Assembly (NCBI GenBank): GCA_963705185.1
Contig: CAVPJF010000033.1
Span: 145,894 to 209,893 of the forward strand
Direction: 5' to 3'
Origin: an uncultured Bacteroidales bacterium
GTDB taxonomy: Bacteria; Bacteroidota; Bacteroidia; Bacteroidales; JAADJA01
Length of the DNA stretch: 64,000 nt
The notes beneath the pieces are model-generated. The model made no database searches. It was not told the DNA's origin and was given only the letters and a program-made list of their open reading frames with translations. Both the position numbers and the translations under genes were made by a program. Shown piece by piece: positions 1 through 10,350 of the stretch. Position 1 is the stretch's first letter; each line of letters opens with the position of its first letter.

Positions 1-310
1 CCCATAGCGAATTGCTTACACTTTCAATCGATGGGTAATATCGATTTGAAATAAAACCTAAATTTACACCAGTGTTAAACTTACTGCCCAACTCATCAGG
101 ATTGGCGGTAATTAAGTTAATTTCAGTGCTGGGATTAAACTTGCAATAGGCGCTTGTCCATTGCTTTGTGAGATCATACAAATCGGGAGAACACAAAATA
201 GTTATTGTATTATCCTTGACTTTATTGTCTTTTTTCAATACTTCTTTACTAATTGCAAAACTTGAATAAAGGAGTAAAAAACTTACGAAAAGAAGAAATG
301 TCTTTTTCAT
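1..310 (-). CDS. Secreted protein, N-terminal part only (continues past window start); weak resemblance to periplasmic substrate-binding (PstS/PBP-like) proteins
   Basis: ATG at 310..308. Own translation MKKTFLLFVSFLLLYSSFAISKEVLKKDNK...ITILCSPDLYDLTKQWTSAYCKFNP... stays open to position 1. Hydrophobic signal peptide. Absent from the ORF track because no stop lies inside the window. Confidence 0.45.
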   Translation of the reverse strand, partial: MKKTFLLFVSFLLLYSSFAISKEVLKKDNKVKDNTITILCSPDLYDLTKQWTSAYCKFNPSTEINLITANPDELGSKFNTGVNLGFISNRYYPSIESVSNSLW

Positions 311-1046
311 AATATTTAGTTTTAAAATAGTTGTAAAAAAATTCATATATGATTAACTTATATTTTTAAAGGTATTTCAACTTTGATACCAAAGCTATAA
401 ATCAGTTATAACTATATTATATTCAATATTATAACAAAAGAGATGTTTAAAATTCATTCACACTATAGTGTTTAAATATTAAACACTATTGGCATAAACA
501 TTATGTATAGATCAGTAAAACAAGTTTTTAATGATGCTGTAAACAAATTCAACAGCTGTTGAATTAATCACCAGGATTTAATTTTATTTGACGATTAGTT
601 TCCTTTGAAAGAAAAAAAGTTAAAATAGAAATGCATAACCTTTCCGTAAAGACCTTTTGGTTATAATAGCATTGAGCTCCATATGTCCAATTTTTTTAGG
701 AATAAATCGGGTCTATTGAATAGAAGGACAAATTGAAGACTTAAATTATTTAATTGACTTTAAAACAAATAAATTAATCCCAATTTTAGGAGAATGCTAA
801 TTTGGAGATTTAGGAGTAATCAATAAGCTTCGTATCCTTGGAAATTCATAACAGGTTGTACCCCGCATATACCTTTTTGTTTTAGGCACATCTGGAAAAT
901 TGAGGGTCTTTAAGTTTAATAAAAGATAAATGCCAAATACCAGAATATTACAATTGAGTCAGGGTATCCCAAACTTTGACATTGACAAAGGGAAGCGTCA
1001 TTAAATATAGCGGATGAAAATTTGTTGCCTTTAAAGTAATTCCTGC

Positions 1047-2327
1047 TTAATAAAGCATGATTTTCTTATTCGCTTTCAGGTTGTTGCTTCCAATTTTTAT
1101 GTAGTAGATTCCTTTAGGCTGATTTGACAGATCAAGATTTATGGTGTGATTTTCTGTCAGGTTTGAAGTGGTTGATTCATGAATAATCTTCCCTAAAGTA
1201 TTAAAAACAGTTACTGAAATAGTTCCAGGGGCTTGTTCAGTCATTCTTATGCTTATTAATCCAGCTGAAGGATTAGGAAATATTGTAACTGCTTCATTAT
1301 TGTTAATCAATTGATTGTTGATTCCAACCATGGGTAGCGAAACTTCATGAGTTATAAGATCATTGCAATCCATATAGTTGGCAGTAAGCGAAACTATATA
1401 GGTGCCAGCGCTGGCATAGGTGTGGGATGGATTATTTTCAGTACTTGTATTTCCATCACCAAAATCCCATAAATATGAAGTTGCATTTCCAGAATTGTTC
1501 AGAAATTCAACTGTATAATCAATTCCGGAAAAGCTGAATTCGGCGGTTGGTGCAGCATTAACAGTGATCATATTTTGTTTTGTTTCAGTAAGGGAACCAT
1601 TAATCGTTAGACTTACTGTTTTTGGTCCTGGTGTGTTATATGTTACGGTATGAGGACCCACTGTATTGGCTGTAGCAGGTGATGCACCTGCACCAAAATT
1701 CCAGTTCCATGGTTGCGCCAACTGATTGATCAGTGAATGTGACAATTTCACCCTGGCAAATTTCAGTAATATCGGATGAAAAATCTGCAACTAAAGGAAC
1801 AAAATCGAGTTGTATGTCTTTAAAGTAGGTTTGATCAGCAGGGGATATGGATTGGGCTATCTGGACCTTTAGTAAAGGTAAGTGAGTACAAAGGACCCTG
1901 AGCATGTTTTTCAGTAAATTCAACCCAAACGGTATAATCTCCATCCGGTACAATATTACCATCAAGATCAGTGCAATTCCATGTAACAGTATGGGTTTGA
2001 TGGCTAGTGAGTGGTTGAGCCGGTAATGGCATCAACTACATTATAATTGGACGCAGCTTTCCAGGTATACAGATATTGTTTACGCTGGTTTGCCATTGAT
2101 TTGCGGGTTTTAACGAAACCATCAGCATCTTCGACCCAGATGGCGAGAACATGTTTTGGGTGCATAGGTTCCGTTTTGTGTTACTGTTCTTACGGTAAAT
2201 GTTAGTACTCCTCCGGAATTGTGGTTTTTGGGTTTTTCTATGCCAGGTAAGGTGAAGCTGGCAAATAGTAACACTATAAAAAGTGAGATATGCCAAAAGA
2301 CGATGAAATAGTTAAACTTTTTTTCAT
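1047..2327 (-). pseudogene. Frame-disrupted secreted protein: DUF2271-like N-terminus, two PKD domains, T9SS (Por) C-terminal sorting domain
   Basis: Fragments 1047..1790, 1636..1965 and 1835..2035 plus an N-terminal piece join into one protein. PKD signatures WNWNFGAGASP...GPHTVTY and YLWDFGDGNTS...HTYASAGTY. C-terminus FPNPSAGLISI...GIYYIKI is typical of T9SS CTDs. At least 5 frame breaks; two map to homopolymers (T7 at 2318-2324, T4 at 2154-2157). Confidence 0.75.
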
Positions 2328-2392
2328 ATATATAAATTTATGAATTATAATGCAAAATTAAAATAATTCTCTTGAATTTATAAAAATATTAT

Positions 2393-2400
2393 TAATTTTG
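2393..2400 (+). promoter_or_regulatory. Candidate Bacteroidota -7 promoter box (TAnnTTTG) for tRNA-His
   Basis: TAATTTTG lies 14 nt upstream of the tRNA 5' end. A TTG at 2372-2374 sits at roughly -33 spacing. Confidence 0.4.
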
Positions 2401-2413
2401 ACCGCTTGTAAAT

Positions 2414-2488
2414 GGTGGTTGTAGCTCAGCTGGTTAGAGCGTCAGATTGTGGATCTGAAGGCCGTGGGTTCGAGCCCCATCTTCCACC
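2414..2488 (+). tRNA. tRNA-His (anticodon GTG)
   Basis: Hand-folded cloverleaf. Extra G(-1) opposite discriminator C. D stem GCTC/GAGC. Anticodon arm TCAGA-TTGTGGA-TCTGA. T arm GTGGG-TTCGAGC-CCCAT. CCA is not encoded. The acceptor stem has two adjacent U-U mismatches. Confidence 0.9.
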
Positions 2489-2497
2489 CCGGAAAAG

Positions 2498-2536
2498 AAA
2501 AGGAAGTTGATTTAAATTCGGCTTCCTTTTTTTATT
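2498..2536 (+). terminator. Rho-independent terminator after tRNA-His
   Basis: GGAAGTTGA / TTCGGCTTC stem (9 bp including G-U pairs), loop TTTAAAT, followed by a T7 run. Confidence 0.8.
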
Positions 2537-2580
2537 TAGGTAGCTTGACATTTATTTCTGATGAATGATTTAAGCTTTCT

Positions 2581-2709
2581 TTATTTGCCTTGTCTATTAT
2601 CATCTGTGGGTTTTTGCTTTCTCATTTTCCAAAATACCCAGCCGAATCCGATGATAATATGGAGAAGGACAATGGTGGCTGCGATGTAAAGAATGGTTTT
2701 CTCAGACAT
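2581..2709 (-). CDS. Possible 42-aa single-pass membrane peptide
   Basis: ATG..TAA ORF MSEKTILYIAATIVLLHIIIGFGWVFWKMRKQKPTDDNRQGK lies directly downstream of the ThrC-like gene. No other support. Confidence 0.25.
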   Translation of the reverse strand: MSEKTILYIAATIVLLHIIIGFGWVFWKMRKQKPTDDNRQGK

Positions 2710-2717
2710 AATTAAAA

Positions 2718-3953
2718 CTAAAGTTTAAGAAGGGTTTGAATTTCAGCTATTTCTGGTTCAATGGGATCGGGCAAATTTAAAAGAGGTTGAACGGCATTGA
2801 ATATCCTTTAGCCCGCTGCCGGTGAGAAGAACAACATTTCTTGTACCGGTATTAAGCTTGTCCTCTTCATAATATTTCAGCATTCCGGCAAAAGCAGCAG
2901 CCGATGCGGGTTCGGTAAAAATGCCAGTATTGACAGCAAGTTGACGCGAGGCATTGAGAATCTCCTGATCCGTGACAGAAATCGCTTCTCCATGTGTAAT
3001 CGTTGATGTAGCCACGAGCCATATAAAAATTCCGTGGATAATCAACAGCAATTGAATCGGCAATGGTATGGCTTTTCCTGACTTTGAATTCTTCATTCTG
3101 CAAGATTGCTGATCAGATTAGAACTTCCTTCGGCCTGCACTGCAACGATAATGGGAATTTTTTCAATGAGATTTAAAATGAAAAGGTCTTCGAAGCCGCT
3201 GTAAACCCCTGAAATAATTACCCCATCGCCGACAGGAACAAATATCCTGTCGGGGAGATGGTCCGTTCATTTGCTGAAATAGTTCAAAAGCAACCGTTTT
3301 TTTACCTTCAATGGTCAGGGGATTAAAGGCGGTATTGCGATTGTACCAGCCAAATTCTCTTGTGCCTGAATACTCAGTTCAAAAGCATCATCATAGGTTC
3401 CCTGTACAGGAATAATGGTTGCTCCATACATTAAAATCTGGGTGAGCTTGGCAACCGGCGCACCGGAAGGAACAACAATGATGGCTTTTTGTCCCTGGGC
3501 TGCACATATACCTGCGAGGGATGAGCCAGCATTGCCTGTGGAAGCAGTGATGATGGTATTCGAGCCATGTTCTTTGGCGAAAGCAGAGACCAAAGCAGAA
3601 GCACGATCCTTGAAAGAAAATGTCGGATTGAGGGCGTCATCCTTTAACAATAATTCAAATGGCAGGGGTTTGCCAGCAAATCTTTTGAATGCGTAAAGAG
3701 GCGTATTTCCTACACGCAGAGGTGGAAGTGAATTTCAAAGACCGGATAGGGAGCAGGTCGATAAAACCGGATGAGATTAAGTATCGGAAAATGTCTGACT
3801 CATCGGTTATATCTGGTAATCGTAAATGACCCGGAGGACTCCCTGTGGAGGGAGCGAATTGTCATTGCTACAACCGGGACAGAGGTACATGATCTCCGTT
3901 CCGGGATATTCCTTGTCGCAGTTGGGGCAATAATAAACGAATGATTTACTCAT
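2718..3953 (-). pseudogene. Threonine-synthase-like fold-type-II PLP enzyme with N-terminal Cys4 zinc ribbon; frame-disrupted
   Basis: N-terminus MSKSFVYYCPNCDKEYPGTEIMYLCPGCSN. PLP-lysine region NPTFSFKDRASALVSAFAKEHG...ASTGNAGSSLA. C-terminus LLTGSGLKDI..AVQPLLNLPDPIEPE in a shifted frame. At least 5 frame breaks. Its ATG overlaps the upstream stop by 8 nt (ATGAGTAA). Confidence 0.7.
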
Positions 3954-5421
3954 ATTCTTTCAATAACCCGGTTTTTTCATTGAATTCAGTGATCTTTTCA
4001 TCCCATTTATCAATATCTGAATATTGTGATTTCCAGTAATCATTGTTAAACCATTGATCATTCAGTTCTTCAACGGTTTTACCCTGTTGTTCGATCCAGG
4101 TAAAATATTTGAGGTTGTGAATTCTCTTTTTATCATAATGATTCAGTTCAATCATGTAATCAGTTGAAAGTTTCATGAGATCAGCCTCCGAATGAAATGG
4201 CTGCATTTAAGAGAATCAAAAACACCCTGTTTTTCATTTTCTTCTTGTAACCTTGAACGGTACATATCCATTGAATCAGTGGCAACGGTAAAAACCATAT
4301 CATTTTCATTCATTTCGTAATATTTTGCCATTTTTATTGCTCCCATCATATTGGCTATGGAGGAAATCCCGAGAAGTCCCAGCTGATCGATGCCAATGCG
4401 GATCAATACCAATTTCGTTAATCAGATAATTCCTTTCCTGCGTTTTCGTTGAACAGGCGCATGATACGGATATTGGCTTCGTCATCAATTCCGGCGACCA
4501 TATCCATATTTTTTATATTGTGAACCCAGGGAATATGTTTATCGCCAATTCCTTCGATCCGATGGCCGCCATAACCGTTATAAAGCAGGGTAGGACATTG
4601 CAAAGCTTCACCCGCACAAACTTTCAGGAACGGAAATTTTTCCCTGAGATAATCAGTGCTTCCGAGTGTTCCGGCTGATCCCTGTGTTAAGAAAAACTGC
4701 GCTGAACCGGCTTTTGTTAGATTTAATCTGTGAGAAAACTTCTTCCATAGCGGGTCCGGTAATCGCATAGTGCCAGCGTGGATTGCCAAATTCCTCGAAC
4801 TGGTTAAGGTTTACAATTTCATCGCCTCTTTCGGCTTTAAGTTCTTTTACTTTATCATAAATTTCCTTGACATTGCTTTCGCAACCATGTGTAGCAAAAA
4901 CTTCAGCGCCAACCCTGTGAAGCCATTCGAAACGTTCTTTCGACATTTCCTCAGGAAGAACAGCAATGGAATTGCATCCAAGCAGGTAAGAATCGTATGC
5001 ACCACCGCGGCAATAATTACCGGTTGATGGCCATAATGCTTTTTGCCAGGTGGGATCGAACTGGCCGGTAACCAGTTTCTCGACCAGCGGCCCAAATGTA
5101 GCACCTACTTTATGAGCGCCTGTTGGGAAGTATTTACCGATTAGAATAATGATCCTAGCCTTCACTCCGGATAATTCAGAAGGAATTTCAAGGTAATTGA
5201 CTTTTCCAAAACCTCCCCCAAAATCAACCGGTTCGTTTTTCCAGTGTAATCCTGAAAAGGTTCAGTGAGTTCAAATCCCACAGCCCGATATCCTTTAATT
5301 TATCCTTAATTTTCTGAGGGATCAATTCAGGATTGCGCATTTGTTTATAGGTAGGTATTATGATGTGCTGTTCGCGGCAGCGCTCAATGGTATTCGCTAA
5401 AACTTCTTCTTTGCTTTTCAT
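3946..5421 (-). pseudogene. Fold-type-II PLP-dependent enzyme (TrpB/cysteine-synthase superfamily), about 490 aa; frame-disrupted
   Basis: Six ORF fragments (5224..5421, 4653..5165, 4418..4789, 4306..4488, 4173..4412, 3946..4206) read through as one protein. FPTGAHKVGATFGPLV is the candidate PLP-lysine segment, followed by STGNYCRGGAYDS and GSAGTLG. Exact family not recognised. Confidence 0.65.
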
Positions 5422-5553
5422 ACATTATATAATTTGAACATTCCAAAATTCTTTTGCTCCGGTCAAAATTAAAGACATTTCAGCCGCTTTCAAATATGAT
5501 TGTTTTCATCGTCCATTTAGCTCAGAAATGAATGATTTTAAATGTCGCATTTT

Positions 5554-8500
5554 CTAAAATGACAGATGAATTACCAATTCCGAATAATGGTATTTATCAT
5601 CAGCCTGATTTGAAAATGAGTGGCTCGCGTTTTTATACTTAAAAAAAAATTTGCTTCTCAGTGATTCATAGTAATAACCCTGTTTCACTGAATCAAATGA
5701 TTTCCTGTTAGATAATAAATGAGGTTTATTCTTGTAAGGTGCTTCCGAAGTAGGGCAAAAGGTTGAGCAATTCCCGCATTCATTGCACCAGTCGGCAATA
5801 TGGAGAATCTGGTATTTTTGTGTAACCTCGAAAGTTTTCTCGTCTATCAATGGTGATACCGTTTTTTAAAATGAATTTTTTGAAGGTCGAATTTGAACGG
5901 GTTCGATTTGAAATGAAAACATGCAAGGTTAGGACAAACGGTTACACAAAAATTGCAAAGCTCATCGCAAATCAAGACAACGGGAAGCTTCTTTTTGAGC
6001 AGTTCAGCGGGCAGGGTATTCGTAACAAGGTTGAAGTTTTTTCGGTCAGTTAATGAGGTTTCCGGAATCTTAACAGATTTTTCACGTACCGTTTTTTTGA
6101 CCATAAGTTTATTGAAACTCTTCCTGTACCCGTTTTATTTGGTAAAGTCTCAAGTGGATAACCGGCTCTTTTCATGATCAATTCTGCTGTTTTTCTTCCA
6201 TCGGCTATTGCATTGATGATGGTCGAACCCCCTCTTTTTGCATCTCCACCAATAAAAATATTTTGAATTTGAGTTTCATAATCTTTAGTTTCCTTCCCTT
6301 ATTTTTTTTCGATAAAATTAAATTCTGCATCCTGTCCGATAGCAGGAATGACCGTATCGAATTCAAGATCAAATTCTGAATCAGGAATTTCGACTGGCAT
6401 AGGTCTTACGGTTCCATGTTTTTTGTTCAAGATTGATTTTAACACAAGTCAATGATTTGACCTGGTTGTTTATGGTATTGACCTTGACAGGTAAGGTTAA
6501 ATCAATTATAGTGATACCTTCTTCCTCAACTGCTTTTATTTCATCCGGATCGGCTGGCATCAGGGCTTTTGAACGACGATAAAGAATGGTTACCTTTCCA
6601 TTTTTACCCGTTAGCCGAAAAGCTGATCTTGCAGCATCCATAGCCGTATTTCCGCCACCGATCACAGCAATATTTTTTCCTATTTCTGGTCGGATGTCCC
6701 TTGTTTTAATTCAGCAAGGAATTTAAGAGGATCGAGAACTCCCTTGAATTAATTCCATCTATTGCAAATTTTCGTGATGACCAGGCACCCGTTGAGATAT
6801 AAATGAAATTGTATTCCTTCGGATTTCACTAAATCGCAGTTCGTTAATTTCCGAATTAAAGAAAATCTTAACTCCAGCCTTTACTATTCTTTCGAAATCC
6901 TTTTAAGTCCAGCCTCATTCAACCGGAATGCAGGAATTGCTTCGCTAACCATCCCTCCGGCAACATTTTTAGCTTCAAAAACGTCCACTTTAAATCCTGC
7001 AAGATTGAGGTAATGAGCACAGGATAAACCTGATGGTCCTGCTCCAATAATGGCAACTTTATTACCATTGTTAAGATGTTTTTGATGTTGAGAACTGTTC
7101 GTAAATATTTTCTGCAACAAACCGTTTAATTTCCCTTATCAGGAGTGGATCATCATAATTAATCCGGGTACATTTTGTCTGACAAACATGGTCACAAATC
7201 ATACCGGTTGTATTCGGGAAGGGATTGGTCCGAAATATTGCATTAAATGCATATGCAAAATCCCGGCTGACAGCAAAATGCAAATAATCCGGAATATCCT
7301 GATGGGTGGGACAAGTATCAACACAAGGGGCATGAATACAATCAAAGTAATTGAACTTCCTTTCGGTTTTAATATCCGGTTTATGTAGTTCAGTTAGCTG
7401 ATATTCTTTTTCATTCGAGAACCTCATTTGCGTAATTGTAAAGATTAAATTGAGAACCAGCAATGGTATTATTATCTCCGGACGTTTTCCTTATATAATC
7501 TTCAATCGAATATGACTTTTTGAATTCCATTTTTTCCGCAAGGTTAACCAGGTATTGATTTAGTAATCCATATCCGCCGGGTTTTAGCAAATCAGTACAA
7601 ACAGTTACCGGAACTAGTCCACAGGATATTACCTTAGGAGTATTGAAAGCATTTACACCGGCAGAAAATGAGATGTCGAGTAATCCGTTAAAGTCATTTT
7701 GCAGCTTAGCTGCAAGGTTTATTGCAATTGGATGCAAGGCCCTTCCACTCATGTAAATTGTTTTTTCCTCAGGCGGTAATACTTTTTTATGGTTAGTACT
7801 TTCCAAAGTATTGGTAAGCTTCAAACCGAAATAAACCTTGTTTTTATCAGCAGCTTTTTTGAGGGTTATGTATGATTTGCAGAGCGTCGGGATATTTCAG
7901 GTCATGTTCAAAGGCTTCATCCGGAATGATGGTTTCAAAACCACTTTTTTTCAAAATGCTGCATTAGCTTTTCTTTACCAAGAAGCGTGGGATTAAGTTT
8001 GATGATGGTGTGGAGTTTTTTTTCTTCAATCAGGTACAAACCGATTTTTTCGATTTCATCCGGAGGGCAACCATGCATGGTTGAGAGAGTCACATTATCG
8101 GAGATACAATCAGGAATATTTATTTTTCTATTCCCGGATAAATGTCCTGAATCTCATTTATTTTAGCCGCTTTTTGAATGCTACAGTCTTTCATCTGATC
8201 GAGAAACCATTGAACATTTTCCTTTAAAATACCCTTAAGGTCATAACCAATGCTCATATTGAAAATGGTTCCCAAGCTTTCTTCCATTGGATGACCTAAC
8301 TTATCCTTCAGAATATGCACCAATATCCATGCATTTAAGTATTGGTCAAAAGACTCATGAATCTTTAATTCCTGCGACCATTCACAATTATAACCTTCAT
8401 CCTGCATGTCGATACAGGGTTTTGTGACCTCCAATTCATCCATCGTTTGAATGGTTTTTAATTCGATGTATCTGGCGCCGCAAAGCCAGGCAGCAACAAT

Positions 8501-8710
8501 GTTTTGCGACATCTGAGTATGAGGTCCTGCTGCTGTGCCGATGGGAGTTTCGAGCAATTGATCAAAACGAATTAAACGAAAAGGGTCTGTTGGCTTAGGT
8601 TCAAAAAACAATTCTTTAGGAATACCAAAGAAGGAGTCTTTATTATTAAGTTGGTTGAGGGTTATTTCAACCAATTGCCTTAAAGGTAATATCTCAAAAC
8701 CATCCTTCAT
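5554..8710 (-). pseudogene. ygfK: YgfK-like oxidoreductase (DHOD/DPD-like domain, GltD-like FAD/NAD domain, 4Fe-4S domains); frame-disrupted
   Basis: The N-terminus GIPKELFFEP...TPIGTAAGPHTQMSQNIVAAWLCGARYIELKTIQ...KPCIDMQDEGYNCEWSQE tracks the E. coli YgfK N-terminus as I recall it. Dinucleotide fold VAIIGAGPSGLSCA. C-terminus WCNECGNCSTFCP. The 3157-nt span matches a ~1030-1050-aa protein. At least 8 frame breaks. Confidence 0.8.
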
Positions 8711-9661
8711 CAGACGGTTTTAAAACCTGTTTTAAGGTGCAAATTTTCCTTTGAAATCCCGACCAATTCATCACCCTCGATATTACCAAGCGGTTCAATG
8801 TGAATCAGAATGTCAAAAATGTTATCAATGTTTACCTTCAACCTGTTTTCAACCTGCTTGGCTATCAAATGGGCGTCACTCACCTTTGGTGTCTTTATCC
8901 ACTTCAATATCGAGTGCGATCAGGTAAAGTTCAGCAATTTTCCTTACCCTTATTCTATGGGGGTTAAATGCCCCTTCAACTTCTTCTACCGATTGGAAAA
9001 TTTTACTATAAATGTTAGTGTCCTTCAACCCGTCCATCATTTCCAGGTTAGATTCCTTGTAAATATCGAAAGCTACTTTTATAATCCAGATACTTACAAC
9101 CATACCGGTGATACTGTCAAATACCGGCATTTTTAGAATAAAAGTAAAAAGCAGTCCCAGGAGAACCGATGAGGATATTAAAACATCATTCCGCATGTTA
9201 CGGGCATTAGCAATGATCATCTGACTATTGATGCGTTTCCCGATTTTGGACTGCCAGTAAGCTAAAATGGACTTCCCAACGATGCTCAGGCCGGTCACAT
9301 AAATGGCTATCATCATTGGCATTTCGCGCAATTCACCAGAAATGAGTTGCCTTATGGTAGACAGGAACAATTCAGCACCTGCAAAAAAGATGATGAAAGC
9401 CAGAATTTTAGTAGCAGATGTTTCGGCTTTTTTATATCCATAGGGGTATTTCGGATCGGGGGGTTTTGAAATGATGCGGGCTGTAATCAAGGTAATCACG
9501 TAGGTGAGAACATCAGTGGCTGTATCAATTCCATCGCCTATTACAGCAAAACTTCCGGAAATAAATCCCACCAAAATTTTTAAGACAGCCAGGAGTGCGT
9601 TCCCTGCAATTCCAATCCATGAAGCTCGCTGTAACTCGGTTGATCGATTGCGCATTAACAT
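8710..9661 (-). CDS. Cation diffusion facilitator (CDF) family metal efflux transporter; one frame break near 8883
   Basis: GIAGNALLAVLKILVGFISGSFAVIGDGIDTATDVL plus six predicted TM segments and a C-terminal cytoplasmic domain (RIRVRKIAELYLIALDIEVD / HLIAKQVEN...IHIEP). The stop overlaps the ygfK-like ATG by 1 nt. Confidence 0.8.
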
Positions 9662-9756
9662 TAAATTATGGATAAATCCCCTGAATTTTATTATTCTAAC
9701 CCTGACAAAAATAATAATAAAGATTGTATAGTTTTGTGTTATTTCTTACCAACAAA

Positions 9757-10350
9757 ATGAAGACATCCTGCGTAATTCTGGCAGCCGGAAATTCTGAAAG
9801 AATGGGACAGATGAAGCCATTTCTCAGATTTAATAGTAGTTTTACTTTTCTTGAAAAGATCTTACATGTTTATCAATCAACTGTTATAAATAAAATTATA
9901 GTAGTTGTAAATGATGACGTTTATCAACAACTACAACAAATCAAATATAGTAATCTGGAATCTTGCAAGTTTGTCATCAATAAAAATCCGGAAAAGGGAA
10001 GATTCCATTCCATAAAACTTGGAATAAAAGAAGCGATAAATGATTCGCTGGTATTTCTGCAGAATGTTGATAATCCATTTGTGGATAATAAAACCCTTGA
10101 ATTATTGAAGAATGAAATTTGTGATGCAGAATATGCAATTCCGGTTTTTGAAGGAAATTCAGGCCATCCAATACTGTTGTCAGCAAAAGTTGCGAATGCT
10201 ATTATTCAAAATAAAAAAAATAATCCGGACCTAAGGAATGTCTTAAAGTCTTTTCAAAGGTGTGAAGTCAAAGTAAATGATCCTGGAATTTTAGTAAATA
10301 TAAATACACCGGAAGAATATTCGCAACATTTCCTCACCAGAACGAATTAG
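9757..10350 (+). CDS. mocA: MobA/MocA-like molybdenum cofactor nucleotidyltransferase
   Basis: MKTSCVILAAGNSERMGQMKPFL fits the N-terminal NTP-transferase motif. About 197 aa from the ATG at 9757 (the track starts earlier, at a TTG). The 3' end overlaps the convergent xdhB stop. Confidence 0.7.
   Translation: MKTSCVILAAGNSERMGQMKPFLRFNSSFTFLEKILHVYQSTVINKIIVVVNDDVYQQLQQIKYSNLESCKFVINKNPEKGRFHSIKLGIKEAINDSLVFLQNVDNPFVDNKTLELLKNEICDAEYAIPVFEGNSGHPILLSAKVANAIIQNKKNNPDLRNVLKSFQRCEVKVNDPGILVNINTPEEYSQHFLTRTN

Noticed and set aside
2718-8710. The idea that the many frame changes reflect programmed frameshifting or an alternative genetic code.
   Set aside because: The breaks are true frame changes, not in-frame stops. 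All three stop codons terminate well-supported genes here (TAA in many genes, TAG in mocA, TGA in ffh). No shared slippery motif is seen, and several breaks map to simple homopolymers.
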